From a virus: 64,000 nucleotides of DNA. Shown here piece after piece: positions 47,162 through 56,919 of the stretch. The notes beneath the pieces are model-generated. The model had not been told where the DNA came from and did not search any database. It was given only the letters and a program-made list of their open reading frames with translations. How positions within the stretch are numbered: the first letter of the stretch is position 1; every line of letters begins with the position of its first letter. A program made the translations under genes and the position numbers. The stretch is from IMG/VR virus record IMGVR_UViG_3300022934_000004, one strand, 5' to 3'.

Positions 47162-47579
47162 TGGAGATACTGTAGACGTAGACATCGATTTAGGATTTGG
47201 AATTGTATTGACTGATGAAAGAGTTAGAATTATGGGTATCGATACACCTGAAACTAGAACAAGCGATAAGGTTGAAAAACTTTTTGGTTTAGCAGCAAAA
47301 GAAAGAGCAAAAGAACTTTTATCTAAAGGCGCAACTTTAAAAACCTTTGCAGCAAAAGATGGAGAGGATATGAAAGGAAAATTTGGTCGTATCCTTGGTG
47401 ATTTTATTTTAAAAGATGATCGTATGTTCACTGAAGTTTTGATAGAAGAAGGGCATGCTGTAAAATATCATGGCCAGAACAAAGCAGAAATAGAAAAAAG
47501 TCATTTAGCTAATAGAAATAAATTAATGACTGAAGGTACAATAGATCCAGCGGAAGTTCAAAAAGTTTCAGAAAAATAA
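47124..47579 (+). CDS. Thermonuclease (SNase-like)
   Basis: VVDGDT, RIMGIDTPE, GKFGRILG. Confidence 0.88.
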   Translation: MYEYKAKILRVVDGDTVDVDIDLGFGIVLTDERVRIMGIDTPETRTSDKVEKLFGLAAKERAKELLSKGATLKTFAAKDGEDMKGKFGRILGDFILKDDRMFTEVLIEEGHAVKYHGQNKAEIEKSHLANRNKLMTEGTIDPAEVQKVSEK

Positions 47580-47588
47580 AAAAAATGG

Positions 47589-47617
47589 TTTACATTTGAT
47601 AAGAACTATGGTAGAAT
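47589..47617 (+). promoter_or_regulatory. Early promoter
   Basis: TTTACA-17-TAGAAT. Confidence 0.75.
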
Positions 47618-47642
47618 GGTTACATAATGATAGGAGTAAACT

Positions 47643-48494
47643 ATGATCTTAATAGATTATAATGGTATTGCCATCGGCAATGTAGTAGTACAAAAACTTG
47701 CAGCGGATGAGAATCTTATTCGACATATGATTCTAAATTCAATCCGTATGTATCGCCAAAAATTCTTAAAAGAATATGGTGAAGTTGTAATTATTGCCGA
47801 TGGTACAAATAATTGGAGGAAAGAAGTATTTCCTCAATATAAAGCTAGTCGTAAAAAATCACGCGATGAGTCATCTATTGATTGGAATGAAGTGTTTCGT
47901 ATTATCAATATGGTTCGTGATGAAATACGAGATAATTTTCCTTATAAAGTTATGCACCAACAAGGTTGTGAAGCCGATGATGTAATTGCTCAAATCGCAT
48001 TACAAACTCAAGAGTTTGGCAAACATGAGCCTGTCATGATCGTTTCAGCCGATAAAGATTTTATTCAATTACAAAAACATAAGAACATTCGTCAGTTTTC
48101 CCCTATGACTAAAAAATATGTTTCTGATCCTAATCCTCATAAATATATGATGGAACATATTTTCCGCGGAGATGGTGGCGACGGAGTCCCTAATGTGCTC
48201 TCTGATGACAATGTTTTTGTAGAAGGACGTAGACAATCTCCTGTAACAAAGAAAAAGATTGAGCAATGGTTATCATCTGATAATTTACAAGCTGCTATGG
48301 GAGATGATATATATCGTAACTACCAACGTAATCAACGTATGATTGACTTAACTATGACACCTGATAATATTAAACAGGAAATTATTGAAACCTATGAAGG
48401 CCAAGATCCTTGGTCAAACAAAGGAAAAGTTTTTCCTTATTTAATTGCTAAACGCTGCAAATTACTTATGGAAAATGTTCAAGAATTTATATGA
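47643..48494 (+). CDS. rnh: T4-type RNase H / 5'-3' exonuclease
   Basis: WR...PQYKASR, EADD, SADKDFIQL, GD..DGVPN. Confidence 0.92.
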   Translation: MILIDYNGIAIGNVVVQKLAADENLIRHMILNSIRMYRQKFLKEYGEVVIIADGTNNWRKEVFPQYKASRKKSRDESSIDWNEVFRIINMVRDEIRDNFPYKVMHQQGCEADDVIAQIALQTQEFGKHEPVMIVSADKDFIQLQKHKNIRQFSPMTKKYVSDPNPHKYMMEHIFRGDGGDGVPNVLSDDNVFVEGRRQSPVTKKKIEQWLSSDNLQAAMGDDIYRNYQRNQRMIDLTMTPDNIKQEIIETYEGQDPWSNKGKVFPYLIAKRCKLLMENVQEFI

Positions 48495-48531
48495 TGATTA
48501 TATATAAAATTAAGATGAATAGGAGTTTATA

Positions 48532-48951
48532 ATGGTAATGCTAGTTCATGAAGTTCTTGACGAAGCTAGAAAAAAACGAAAAAAAGACGAACGAATTCAA
48601 GTGCTAAAAAATAATGAGTCATGGGCACTTAAAGATATTCTCAGAGGTTCAATGGATCCTACCATTGAATGGAATCTGCCAACAGGGGAGGATGTTCCTT
48701 ACACCCCTAATCAACCGCATTCAGCACCAGGTAATCTATTACGTGAAAACACAAAGTTTAAGTTCTTTGTGAAAGGTGGACCTGGTGACAAAATGATGAA
48801 GGCAAAGCGAGAACAGATATTCATTGGGATTCTAGAAGGTATAGATCCTAATGATGCATTGTTAGTCATCGATATGATTAACAAAAAACCGCCTTCGGGC
48901 ATAACTAAACAAGTAGTAGAGGAGGCTTTCCCTGGCTTACTTAAGGGTTAA
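48532..48951 (+). CDS. Conserved T4-like hypothetical protein (DUF6433-like)
   Basis: W.LP.G..PY, KRE..FI..LE.IDP.DA, AFPGL. Confidence 0.65.
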   Translation: MVMLVHEVLDEARKKRKKDERIQVLKNNESWALKDILRGSMDPTIEWNLPTGEDVPYTPNQPHSAPGNLLRENTKFKFFVKGGPGDKMMKAKREQIFIGILEGIDPNDALLVIDMINKKPPSGITKQVVEEAFPGLLKG

Positions 48952-49032
48952 AAACAATAAAAATAGAAACTCAAACTACTAAGGTCGCTGCGCTTCTGTG
49001 CTAGCGGCCTTATACACTTCAAAGGAGGACAA

Positions 49033-49188
49033 ATGTCCAAGTTAGAAAGACTGCAACAAGATTCAAAAGAGCTGAAAAAATTTGTAGAAAAACTAACAAA
49101 GGAGGGTAATGATTCATTAGCATCTAAAGTTCTACTTAAAAAGAGATTTTTAGATAGACGGATCGATGAATTATATTCTACAGCATAA
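49033..49188 (+). CDS. Small coiled-coil protein, not in ORF track
   Basis: AAGGAGG RBS; MSKLERLQQDSKELKKF. Confidence 0.6.
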   Translation: MSKLERLQQDSKELKKFVEKLTKEGNDSLASKVLLKKRFLDRRIDELYSTA

Positions 49189-49193
49189 AAAGG

Positions 49194-49335
49194 TGTACAT
49201 TTTTGAAATATTTGGTATAATAGATTAGGGAGCTTTAAGGTGGATGGATAAATAGTTATGTTATTCATCCATCTTTCGTTAAAATGAATTATTTACAATT
49301 TTATGGTTTACTTTTGGTTTCATATATGGTAAGAT
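49194..49335 (+). promoter_or_regulatory. Two tandem early promoters flanking a 15-bp hairpin
   Basis: TGTACA(49194)-16-TATAAT; hairpin 49237-49275; TTTACT(49307)-17-TAAGAT. Confidence 0.6.
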
Positions 49336-49354
49336 TTTATAATGGAGGTTACAT

Positions 49355-49912
49355 ATGAATATTTTTATCTTAGATCGTGATCCTATTATTGCTGCACAAT
49401 TACAGTGTGACAAACATGTGGTCAAAATGATTGTCGAATCAGCTCAAATGCTATCCACAGCACATCGTATGCTCGATGGTTATGTTGAAAAACGTCCATC
49501 AAAATCAGGTAAACGTATGATCAATTATTGGGTACATCCAACACCACATAAAGAAGAACGTCTATACAAAGCTGTGCATCATGGTCATCCATCAACAGTA
49601 TGGACTATGGAATCGGATCGTAATTATAAATGGCATTACGATCATTTTGTTGCTTTGCTTCACGAATATACTCATCGGTATGGTAAAGAACATGGTACAT
49701 CAAAATTACAGGATATACTTACTTTGCCTCCACGTAATATCAAAAAGCGAGGCCTAACACCTTTTAAGTTAGCTATGGCTGACTATCCCGAATGCATTGC
49801 TCTTGGCGATCCAGTCGAGGCGTACCGTGCATTCTATCAAACCAAGCAATCAAGATTTAAAATGGCTTGGACAAACCGCAACGTACCTGAATGGTTCAAG
49901 GAGGTAGCATGA
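49355..49912 (+). CDS. Pyrimidine-dimer DNA glycosylase / DenV-like family protein
   Basis: MNIFILD...DKHVVKM..E.AQML, H..HP...W, AYR.FY. Confidence 0.7.
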   Translation: MNIFILDRDPIIAAQLQCDKHVVKMIVESAQMLSTAHRMLDGYVEKRPSKSGKRMINYWVHPTPHKEERLYKAVHHGHPSTVWTMESDRNYKWHYDHFVALLHEYTHRYGKEHGTSKLQDILTLPPRNIKKRGLTPFKLAMADYPECIALGDPVEAYRAFYQTKQSRFKMAWTNRNVPEWFKEVA

Positions 49913-50052
49913 CTAAAGACAAAACACGCGCGTCAAGAATGATGAGATCTAAAGCAGCTAGATTACGTAGAAAAGCTCGTAAGACTATGATTGAAGATCG
50001 AACACTGCGTTTGTTTGCTCGACTCCGAAGAAAAAGGAAACAAGCAGCATAA
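49909..50052 (+). CDS. Very basic 47-aa peptide ending in -QAA, not in ORF track
   Basis: GGAGG RBS; Arg-rich ORF. Confidence 0.55.
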   Translation: MTKDKTRASRMMRSKAARLRRKARKTMIEDRTLRLFARLRRKRKQAA

Positions 50053-50091
50053 AGTTGTTTACTTTTGGTTTAAATTGTGGTAGATTAAATT

Positions 50092-50604
50092 ATGGATATA
50101 AAATTTTCTGGATATAAAATGTCATCTAAACAGCAAGCGATCATATGCGAAGCCTGTGATCTCGTGCTTAGCCAACTCGTGTCTAAAAGATTAAAGGACT
50201 CTTTATTCTTAAATATTCATGTTGTTAAAGACTTACATGTGACACATGGTATATGGGGCGATGTAGATGTTGAAGACTGCTACGAAAAGTCACCAAAAGA
50301 ATACACAATTCGAGTAAATTACTCTGGTATAAAATCCTTTATTAAAATGCTAGAAGTATTGAGTCATGAGTTAGTTCATGTGGCTCAATACGCTACTCGT
50401 AGAATGAGGATTTTATCAGAATCATTTAAAGTAGCTTATGGTAAAGAACACTTTAACAGTCATCGTATGCCATATTCTGAAAGACCATGGGAGATTGAAG
50501 CACACGAAAAAGAATACATATTATTTAGTAAAGCAGTAAATTCTTCTGATAACATACAAAAATACATAGAAAAATCTAGTTATCACTATGGGTTAGGAAT
50601 GTAA
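50092..50604 (+). CDS. HExxH metallopeptidase-like protein
   Basis: SHELVHVAQ...PWEIEA; promoter TTTACT(50058)-17-TAGATT. Confidence 0.7.
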   Translation: MDIKFSGYKMSSKQQAIICEACDLVLSQLVSKRLKDSLFLNIHVVKDLHVTHGIWGDVDVEDCYEKSPKEYTIRVNYSGIKSFIKMLEVLSHELVHVAQYATRRMRILSESFKVAYGKEHFNSHRMPYSERPWEIEAHEKEYILFSKAVNSSDNIQKYIEKSSYHYGLGM

Positions 50605-50831
50605 TGTTTGGTGAAATAGAATATAAAGTAATAGATGAAGTTAAGTTTGGTCCTGAGGATAATCCTGGCACTTGGCTTCGTTTAGAAGAGTCACCAAAAG
50701 GTAAGAGAGTCATTAGATCTTGGTCTGGTGCTGGTAGAGATAAGTATTGGAAAGTAATGTATAGATATGATGTAGACAAAAATTGGGAAAGCTGGAAAAA
50801 GATATGCCAACGTATACGCTTAGGGACATAA
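50604..50831 (+). CDS. Hypothetical protein
   Basis: ORF coupled to neighbours. Confidence 0.5.
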   Translation: MFGEIEYKVIDEVKFGPEDNPGTWLRLEESPKGKRVIRSWSGAGRDKYWKVMYRYDVDKNWESWKKICQRIRLGT

Positions 50832-51043
50832 AAAATAATCATGAATGGGAAGTTATTTGTTCATGGGATGAGTTACAGACAACATTAGACGAACTGCCCG
50901 ATGTAATTCAAGTACCATCAGCTCCAAAGATTGTAAGTGGAGTCAAAGGTTTGAACTCTCATATTCCATCAGGTTTTAAAGATGTGTTGGATAGAGTAAA
51001 AAGTGGTGCAGCAAAAGACAATAAAATTAATACACATCGATGA
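50804..51043 (+). CDS. FmdB-like small regulator
   Basis: MPTY...P.IVSG...GFKDVL.R.K; sits next to phoH. Confidence 0.55.
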   Translation: MPTYTLRDIKNNHEWEVICSWDELQTTLDELPDVIQVPSAPKIVSGVKGLNSHIPSGFKDVLDRVKSGAAKDNKINTHR

Positions 51044-51723
51044 AAAAATCAAACTCAATGAACGTCTTACCAGACGAATTAGAATTTTTTGAACCAATAA
51101 CTGATACACAAGAAGAAGTTTGGGAAGCTTGGAAAGAAGGTTACAATTTAGTTTTAACAGGATCTGCAGGTACTGGTAAAACTTTTATTGCTATATACTT
51201 AGCATTAAGAGAATTTTTATTATCATCTTCATATAGAAAAATTATTGTAGTAAGATCAGTTGTTCCTACACGTGAAATTGGCTTTTTGCCTGGAGATGAG
51301 AAAGCTAAAAAGGAATCTTATACAGTTCCATACAAAGCAATATTCAGTGAAATGTTTGGATATGATGGTGCTTGGGGTAAAATGCTTTCAGCAAACAAAG
51401 TAGATTTCGAGTCTACATCTTTTATTAGAGGAACTACATTTGATAATGCCATTGTTATAGTTGATGAAATGCAGAATTGTAATTTCCATGAACTTGACTC
51501 TATTATTACAAGAATTGGATTAGATACTAGAATTATTTTTTGTGGAGATTATTATCAATCAGATTTTAAAAAGGAAGATGAAAGAGAAGGCCTTATAAAA
51601 TTTCTTACTATCTTAGAACAAATGAGGCACTTTAAGCAATTTACTTTTGGATGGGATGATATTGTTAGATCTGATTTAGTTAGAGATTACATTATGACAA
51701 AAGAAATGTTAAAAATAAGGTAA
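51040..51723 (+). CDS. phoH: PhoH-family ATPase
   Basis: GSAGTGKT, IGFLPG, RGTTF, DEMQN, GD..Q, DIVRS. Confidence 0.93.
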   Translation: MKKSNSMNVLPDELEFFEPITDTQEEVWEAWKEGYNLVLTGSAGTGKTFIAIYLALREFLLSSSYRKIIVVRSVVPTREIGFLPGDEKAKKESYTVPYKAIFSEMFGYDGAWGKMLSANKVDFESTSFIRGTTFDNAIVIVDEMQNCNFHELDSIITRIGLDTRIIFCGDYYQSDFKKEDEREGLIKFLTILEQMRHFKQFTFGWDDIVRSDLVRDYIMTKEMLKIR

Positions 51724-51728
51724 AGGAC

Positions 51729-52346
51729 ATGTTTTACGAAACTATAAAAGATAGAAAACAAGTTAGATGGTATGATCAGGAAAAAATTCCTGAAAAGTCT
51801 TTTATTGACGAATGTTTAAAGAAAACATATGAAGCTGTAGCATCTAAACAAAATTTAATGCCATACAAAGTGTGGGCAATTGGACCGGCTAATAAAGAAT
51901 TAAACCAAGGTTTATATGAAATATCTCAACACTCTGGTGTAAGAGATAATTATAATTTATTGACAGCACCATATCAATTTATTTACACTGTAAGGTTAGC
52001 TGAAGGTAATGCTAAAGTTGAAAGTGACTTAGCAGGAGGACATCAACAGCCTCCAATGGATCCTAAAAAATATAAAGATAGAATTATAATTAAAAGTACT
52101 AATATAGAAGTAGGAATGCATGCTACTATATTAAGTAAGCTTTTAATTGAAAATGGATTAGATGTTGCTTACACTCTATGCTTTGAAGATTTTGAATATA
52201 ATCCTGATTATTGGATAGATCGCGGGTTTGATTTTATTGATGATGAAGTACAATTTATAATGTCTGCTGGATATCCTGATCCTGAAAAATATATAGAATC
52301 GTGGGAAGATAAACCAGATTATTCTAAAGTAGTTGAGTGGATATGA
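51729..52346 (+). CDS. Nitroreductase-fold protein
   Basis: R.QVR.Y...IP, SKQN..PY, GY. Confidence 0.55.
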   Translation: MFYETIKDRKQVRWYDQEKIPEKSFIDECLKKTYEAVASKQNLMPYKVWAIGPANKELNQGLYEISQHSGVRDNYNLLTAPYQFIYTVRLAEGNAKVESDLAGGHQQPPMDPKKYKDRIIIKSTNIEVGMHATILSKLLIENGLDVAYTLCFEDFEYNPDYWIDRGFDFIDDEVQFIMSAGYPDPEKYIESWEDKPDYSKVVEWI

Positions 52347-52588
52347 TAAAGATTTATGGTACTCCTTCATGTGGGTGGTGCAGGAAAGCAGTAAATGCTT
52401 GTGAACAGTATAACTTAAGATATGAATATATAAGTTTAGATACACCAGAAAAACAAGAACAATTTAAAAAAGATTTTCCAAACGCTAAAACCGTTCCACA
52501 AATTACTTGGTATGGTAATTATGTTGGTGGGTATGAAGCGTTAATGACAGAAATTGAGAATACACGTAATTACGGTGATGGACCATGA
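52343..52588 (+). CDS. Glutaredoxin
   Basis: CGWC, TVPQI, VGGY. Confidence 0.9.
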   Translation: MIKIYGTPSCGWCRKAVNACEQYNLRYEYISLDTPEKQEQFKKDFPNAKTVPQITWYGNYVGGYEALMTEIENTRNYGDGP

Positions 52589-53307
52589 TTGAACCTCCAA
52601 AATATCAAAAGGATGCTGTTCCTACTTTAAAAGGTTGGAAACATCCAAAACGTAGAGAAATTTTAGTATCTAAAAAATTTACTCAAGAAGAAATTGATGA
52701 ATATTTAAATGCCCAGAAAAAGCCAAAGGCTAAGCCTAAGCCTAAGCCAAAGGTAGAAAAGCCTAAAGTAGAAGTTAAAGAAAAGCCAAAGGCTAAGCCT
52801 AAGCCGAAAATCGCTGCAGATGTTTTAATAGAATTAGAAGGTGTTAAAATATTAGCAGGTGATGGAAAAATCATTTCTAAAAAAGCATTGGTTAAACGCG
52901 CTAAAGATAGAGTTGTAAAACAACCAAAGCCAAAGCCTTTGCCACCTGAAGTTAAGGTACAAAAGCCTAAAGAAGTTCAAAAGAACCGAAAAGAATTAAT
53001 TGAAAAGCAAATAGAAAAACAAAAAGAAAAACCTGAAGTTAAGGTAGACGATAGATCAGAATTTATAAAAAAACAAAAAGAAAAAGTTGAAGCTGATGCA
53101 AAAAATTATGACTATACTCATATCCTTATAAAAGGTTCTATGGGTCTAGGTGTTTTAAGATTATCAGAAAAGCTAGGTGTTGATCCTACTGAATACTTTT
53201 CTCAAGACTTAGAATGGAAATTAAGAGATTATCAAGCAATGAAAGGGTTAGTTGAGGATGGAATTTTTGGTCCAAAAACTCAAGCTAAATTATATGGAAA
53301 TGAATAA
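52585..53307 (+). CDS. Lys/Pro-rich protein with C-terminal peptidoglycan-binding domain
   Basis: KPKAKPKPK repeats; YQ..KGL..DGI.GP.T. Confidence 0.65.
   Translation: MIEPPKYQKDAVPTLKGWKHPKRREILVSKKFTQEEIDEYLNAQKKPKAKPKPKPKVEKPKVEVKEKPKAKPKPKIAADVLIELEGVKILAGDGKIISKKALVKRAKDRVVKQPKPKPLPPEVKVQKPKEVQKNRKELIEKQIEKQKEKPEVKVDDRSEFIKKQKEKVEADAKNYDYTHILIKGSMGLGVLRLSEKLGVDPTEYFSQDLEWKLRDYQAMKGLVEDGIFGPKTQAKLYGNE
52718..52810 (+). repeat. Imperfect AAGCCT/AAGCCA tandem repeats encoding KP
   Basis: aagccaaaggctaagcctaagcc occurs twice. Confidence 0.7.
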
Positions 53308-53471
53308 TGGCTAAATTTAGTCGATTCGATACCCGCAATAAAAAGAAAAATCGAAACAAACAAATGTCAAAAGAAAAAGATTTCAGAATAAAGCGAATTC
53401 TGAAAAAAAATGGTTTACATTTAAGAAAAACTATGGTAGAATACTCCTATAATGTAAAGGAGGATCTATAA
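53307..53471 (+). CDS. Small basic protein containing an early promoter, not in ORF track
   Basis: MAKFSRFDTRNKKK; TTTACA(53414)-17-TAGAAT inside the ORF. Confidence 0.5.
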   Translation: MAKFSRFDTRNKKKNRNKQMSKEKDFRIKRILKKNGLHLRKTMVEYSYNVKEDL

Positions 53472-54055
53472 TGAAAGATGTAAACAAAGTAATTTTAACT
53501 GATTGTGATGGCGTTCTCATGAATTGGGAATATGCATTTAATGTTTGGATGCAATCTCAAGGTTATGAAATGACTGATAAAGGTATGACTCATTATGACA
53601 TGGGTGATCGTTATGGTTTAACAAATCGCGAAAAACGTCGTCTTGTTCGTCAATTTAATGAATCAGCTGCAATTGGTTTTTTACCTCCTTTACGAGATGC
53701 TATGTATTATGTAGACTTATTACATCGTAAACATGGTTATGTATTTCATATGATTACAGCATTATCCAAAGATGAGTCTGCACAAAAGCTTCGTATAATG
53801 AATACTAAAAAACTTTTTGGTGAAACAGCTTTTGAAAAATTTATTTTTGTAGATACTGGTGCTGATAAAGATGAAGTTCTAAATGAATATTATGACAGTG
53901 GCTATATATGGATTGAAGACAAATTTGATAACGCTGAGCTAGGCGATGAAATGGGTTTAGAGTCTATTTTAGTTGAACATGGTCATAACATGCATAATGA
54001 AATGTTTCCTACCTTTGCAACATGGAAAGAAATTTATGACTATATTACCAATTGA
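53471..54055 (+). CDS. HAD 5'(3')-deoxyribonucleotidase-like protein
   Basis: TDCDGVL, IT, K, WIEDK. Confidence 0.8.
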   Translation: MKDVNKVILTDCDGVLMNWEYAFNVWMQSQGYEMTDKGMTHYDMGDRYGLTNREKRRLVRQFNESAAIGFLPPLRDAMYYVDLLHRKHGYVFHMITALSKDESAQKLRIMNTKKLFGETAFEKFIFVDTGADKDEVLNEYYDSGYIWIEDKFDNAELGDEMGLESILVEHGHNMHNEMFPTFATWKEIYDYITN

Positions 54056-54071
54056 AAAATCTTATATTAAG

Positions 54072-54590
54072 ATGAATACTAATGTTATCACTTGCCATTT
54101 TCCTTGGCAAGATGAGCTATCTGAAAAATGGATAGAAGACATTAAAAAGCGTGGTGATGAAATGAATCATAAGACTAATGTCAAAGCTGATATGACACAA
54201 TTTGAAGCTTTGGTTTATGATGATTTGTATATTCCACTTAAAGAGTTTATAATTAGTTTAACTAAATTTCATGATAATTATTCTGATCAAAGACAACTAA
54301 GTATTACTGATATGTGGGGAGCAGTTTATCATAAAGGTGAAAGTGCAGATATGCATGAGCATCATCCTGCCGCTTTTAGTTTCGTATACTACTTAAAAGC
54401 ATCAGAACATAGCTCTCCATTAATTTTTCCTACATGTGAAGCTGGATTTAATGTCAGGCCTATACCAGGATTAATTACTTTATTTCCTGGTTATCTCTAT
54501 CATGCAGTTCCACCACAGCAAATTGAAGAAGAAAGAATTGTAATAGCTGGCAACTTGTCTATGATTAATAAGGAAGGTATTTTTGAGTGA
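54072..54590 (+). CDS. 2OG-Fe(II) oxygenase (TIGR02466-like)
   Basis: H.H...SFVYY, FPGYLYH.V, RIVIAGN. Confidence 0.75.
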   Translation: MNTNVITCHFPWQDELSEKWIEDIKKRGDEMNHKTNVKADMTQFEALVYDDLYIPLKEFIISLTKFHDNYSDQRQLSITDMWGAVYHKGESADMHEHHPAAFSFVYYLKASEHSSPLIFPTCEAGFNVRPIPGLITLFPGYLYHAVPPQQIEEERIVIAGNLSMINKEGIFE

Positions 54591-54823
54591 CGATTTTTGA
54601 TTTTTTAAATAAACGTAGTCAATGGGAATGGATCGTTTGTGATTTTAAATTGCCTCAAGAAAAATATCAAGGCACTATAAATAATCTTCAGTGGTTCATA
54701 AGATATGGACATAGAAGCAATAGTTTGAGAAAAGGTTTTGAAGAAGCAAAAAATCTTGCTCAAGAAATAGTAGATGAAATGAATTTTAAATAATGCTTTT
54801 GTTATGTTTCAGGGAGAGAAACA

Positions 54824-55036
54824 ATGGCAGAAGACCGAAAAAACGATATCGTTGATTTACCTGAAGGTAGATTAGAATTATCACTTAGAGTTCTTGGTAA
54901 TGAGCTTATAGGTGTAAAAATGATAGTTGACGATATGAAAATAAAATGGGTTGTTGTAGGAAGTATAGCACTTGCAGTTTTATTATGGGCAGCAGCAGGA
55001 TTTGCTCCAGTGTTAAATTCTGTTTTTGGCGCATGA
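54824..55036 (+). CDS. Small membrane protein
   Basis: LELSLRVLGNELI followed by a TM segment. Confidence 0.55.
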   Translation: MAEDRKNDIVDLPEGRLELSLRVLGNELIGVKMIVDDMKIKWVVVGSIALAVLLWAAAGFAPVLNSVFGA

Positions 55037-55037
55037 T

Positions 55038-55445
55038 ATGGCTGAGAAAAACGCTTTTGGCGTAGAACAAAAAGTAAAACCTCCAGCAAAAACTTTGCAA
55101 CCCGATTCTATCTTTGCACACTTAGATGCGGATGGTGATGGAGTTGTTACTGATGAAGAAATGGCAAGGGCAAAAGAAATAGCTGAGTTTGAACATCGCG
55201 AAAGAATGCGTGAGAATGAAGATAAGAAAGAAGATCAAATTAGATCAATGGCGTGGTTTGCATTGTGGGGTATGTTATTATATCCGATTACAATAATAGC
55301 AACGTCATTTTTTGGACAAGAAACGGCAGCAAAACTAGTAAGCGATATAGCTCCGACTTATTTTGTCGCAATTGCTGGTTTAGTAGCAGCATTCTTTGGT
55401 GCTCAAGCTTATACAAAAGGGAAAAGCGACCCTCCTAAAAAATGA
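55038..55445 (+). CDS. EF-hand-like plus 2-TM protein (holin-like)
   Basis: DADGDGVVTDEE; two TM segments. Confidence 0.6.
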   Translation: MAEKNAFGVEQKVKPPAKTLQPDSIFAHLDADGDGVVTDEEMARAKEIAEFEHRERMRENEDKKEDQIRSMAWFALWGMLLYPITIIATSFFGQETAAKLVSDIAPTYFVAIAGLVAAFFGAQAYTKGKSDPPKK

Positions 55446-55454
55446 GAAATTATT

Positions 55455-56237
55455 ATGAAACGTTTAATATATCAAGTATATGTTGGAAAAAAATCTAAGC
55501 TGTACAATCACTGTACAGATTCAGTAAAAGAATACGCCGCAAGGATTGGTGCTGATTATATTAGACAAAAAACACCAATCCTTCTTATTCGCCCTGATCC
55601 TTTTACTACAAATAGAAGTAAAGAAGCGGTAGACAGATTAGGGTATTTACCTATTTATGAGAAAGAAAATGCATTCACATATCTTAAAACTTATGACCAA
55701 GTTGCAATCATTGACAGCGATGTTTGGGTCAGACCAGATAGCCCTAATGTTTTCGACGCTGTTGATCCTTCTGTTGACTTCGCTGGCGTAGTAGAACGTG
55801 AAATGCCAATTTTAGATTGGTATTCTAAAAAGATTGCTAATTATTCCAAAATGCAATATAGTAACATCCGTTCCGTTGATTGGAAATGGGACAAAAGAGG
55901 TGGTGAATTTTTTAACATGGGAGTTATGCTTTTAAATAAATCTATTGATAGATTTTTAAATGATGAAACACCTCAACAATTTCTGCGTAGGCCTAGATTT
56001 AAAGCCTTTATTGATGGTCAAGGAGCATGGAAATGGTCCACTGATCAAACACTGCTAAATACTTGGATTAAAGAAGAGCCTATGAAATTGCAACATCTAG
56101 ACTATCAATGGAATGCTTTATATACAGCTGTAAAACCTGATGCTGTTAAAAAATCTCATTTTGTACATTTTTTCCTAAAGGATAAACTTCCTCAACGCGG
56201 AGAAAACGTAGAGGAATTAATGAAAAATGTTAATTAG
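55455..56237 (+). CDS. GT-A glycosyltransferase (GT8/GT34-like)
   Basis: IDSD, FNMGV, DQTLLN, WNA, HF. Confidence 0.8.
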   Translation: MKRLIYQVYVGKKSKLYNHCTDSVKEYAARIGADYIRQKTPILLIRPDPFTTNRSKEAVDRLGYLPIYEKENAFTYLKTYDQVAIIDSDVWVRPDSPNVFDAVDPSVDFAGVVEREMPILDWYSKKIANYSKMQYSNIRSVDWKWDKRGGEFFNMGVMLLNKSIDRFLNDETPQQFLRRPRFKAFIDGQGAWKWSTDQTLLNTWIKEEPMKLQHLDYQWNALYTAVKPDAVKKSHFVHFFLKDKLPQRGENVEELMKNVN

Positions 56238-56919
56238 TAAAAATTTATTCATACACATACCAAAAAATGCTGGTATGACAATAAGACATAGCCCAATGCT
56301 AAAAGAAAAAATTCTTGTAGCTGGAAGTAATATTCATAAATCGCCACAATATTCACAAGCAGTTTTAAACAAAATGAAATCCTTAGGAGATCATCATGGT
56401 TTTGAACATGCAAGGTGGCGAGATATACATCCTTCAGTAAGAGAACAGAATAAAGCTTTTGCTGTAGTTCGTAATCCTTGGGATCGTGTTGTAAGTCGAT
56501 ATTTCTTTGCAAAGAAAGTAATAGAAGTAGAAAAAAAGGTAGATCCAAGTTATGCTAATGTTAGTTCGTTTGAAGCTTTTTTGGAAGAACGTCATAAATG
56601 GGGATCCGAAGACTATATGTGGCATAGAGCAGTTCGTGGATGGTATCCTGCTTTTGATCACGTTATTGACGATGATAGGAATGTTAGGTGCGATATTATA
56701 CGCTTTGAACATTTAGATGATGATTTGTGTTCATATTTTAATTTACCTATGATGTCACGGAAAAGAAATGTCACTGCACTTAATAAAGGATCTTACAAAG
56801 ACATATATACAAAAGAAACAATTCAAATAGTAGCAGATTGGTATAAAGCTGATATTGATTATTGGAAATTTGATTTTGATACATCTGCAAATCAAAATTA
56901 CTGGAAACAAGAACAATGA
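56227..56919 (+). CDS. Sulfotransferase family 2
   Basis: FIHIPKNAG, VRNPWDR.VS.Y, RFE.L..D. Confidence 0.8.
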   Translation: MLISKNLFIHIPKNAGMTIRHSPMLKEKILVAGSNIHKSPQYSQAVLNKMKSLGDHHGFEHARWRDIHPSVREQNKAFAVVRNPWDRVVSRYFFAKKVIEVEKKVDPSYANVSSFEAFLEERHKWGSEDYMWHRAVRGWYPAFDHVIDDDRNVRCDIIRFEHLDDDLCSYFNLPMMSRKRNVTALNKGSYKDIYTKETIQIVADWYKADIDYWKFDFDTSANQNYWKQEQ

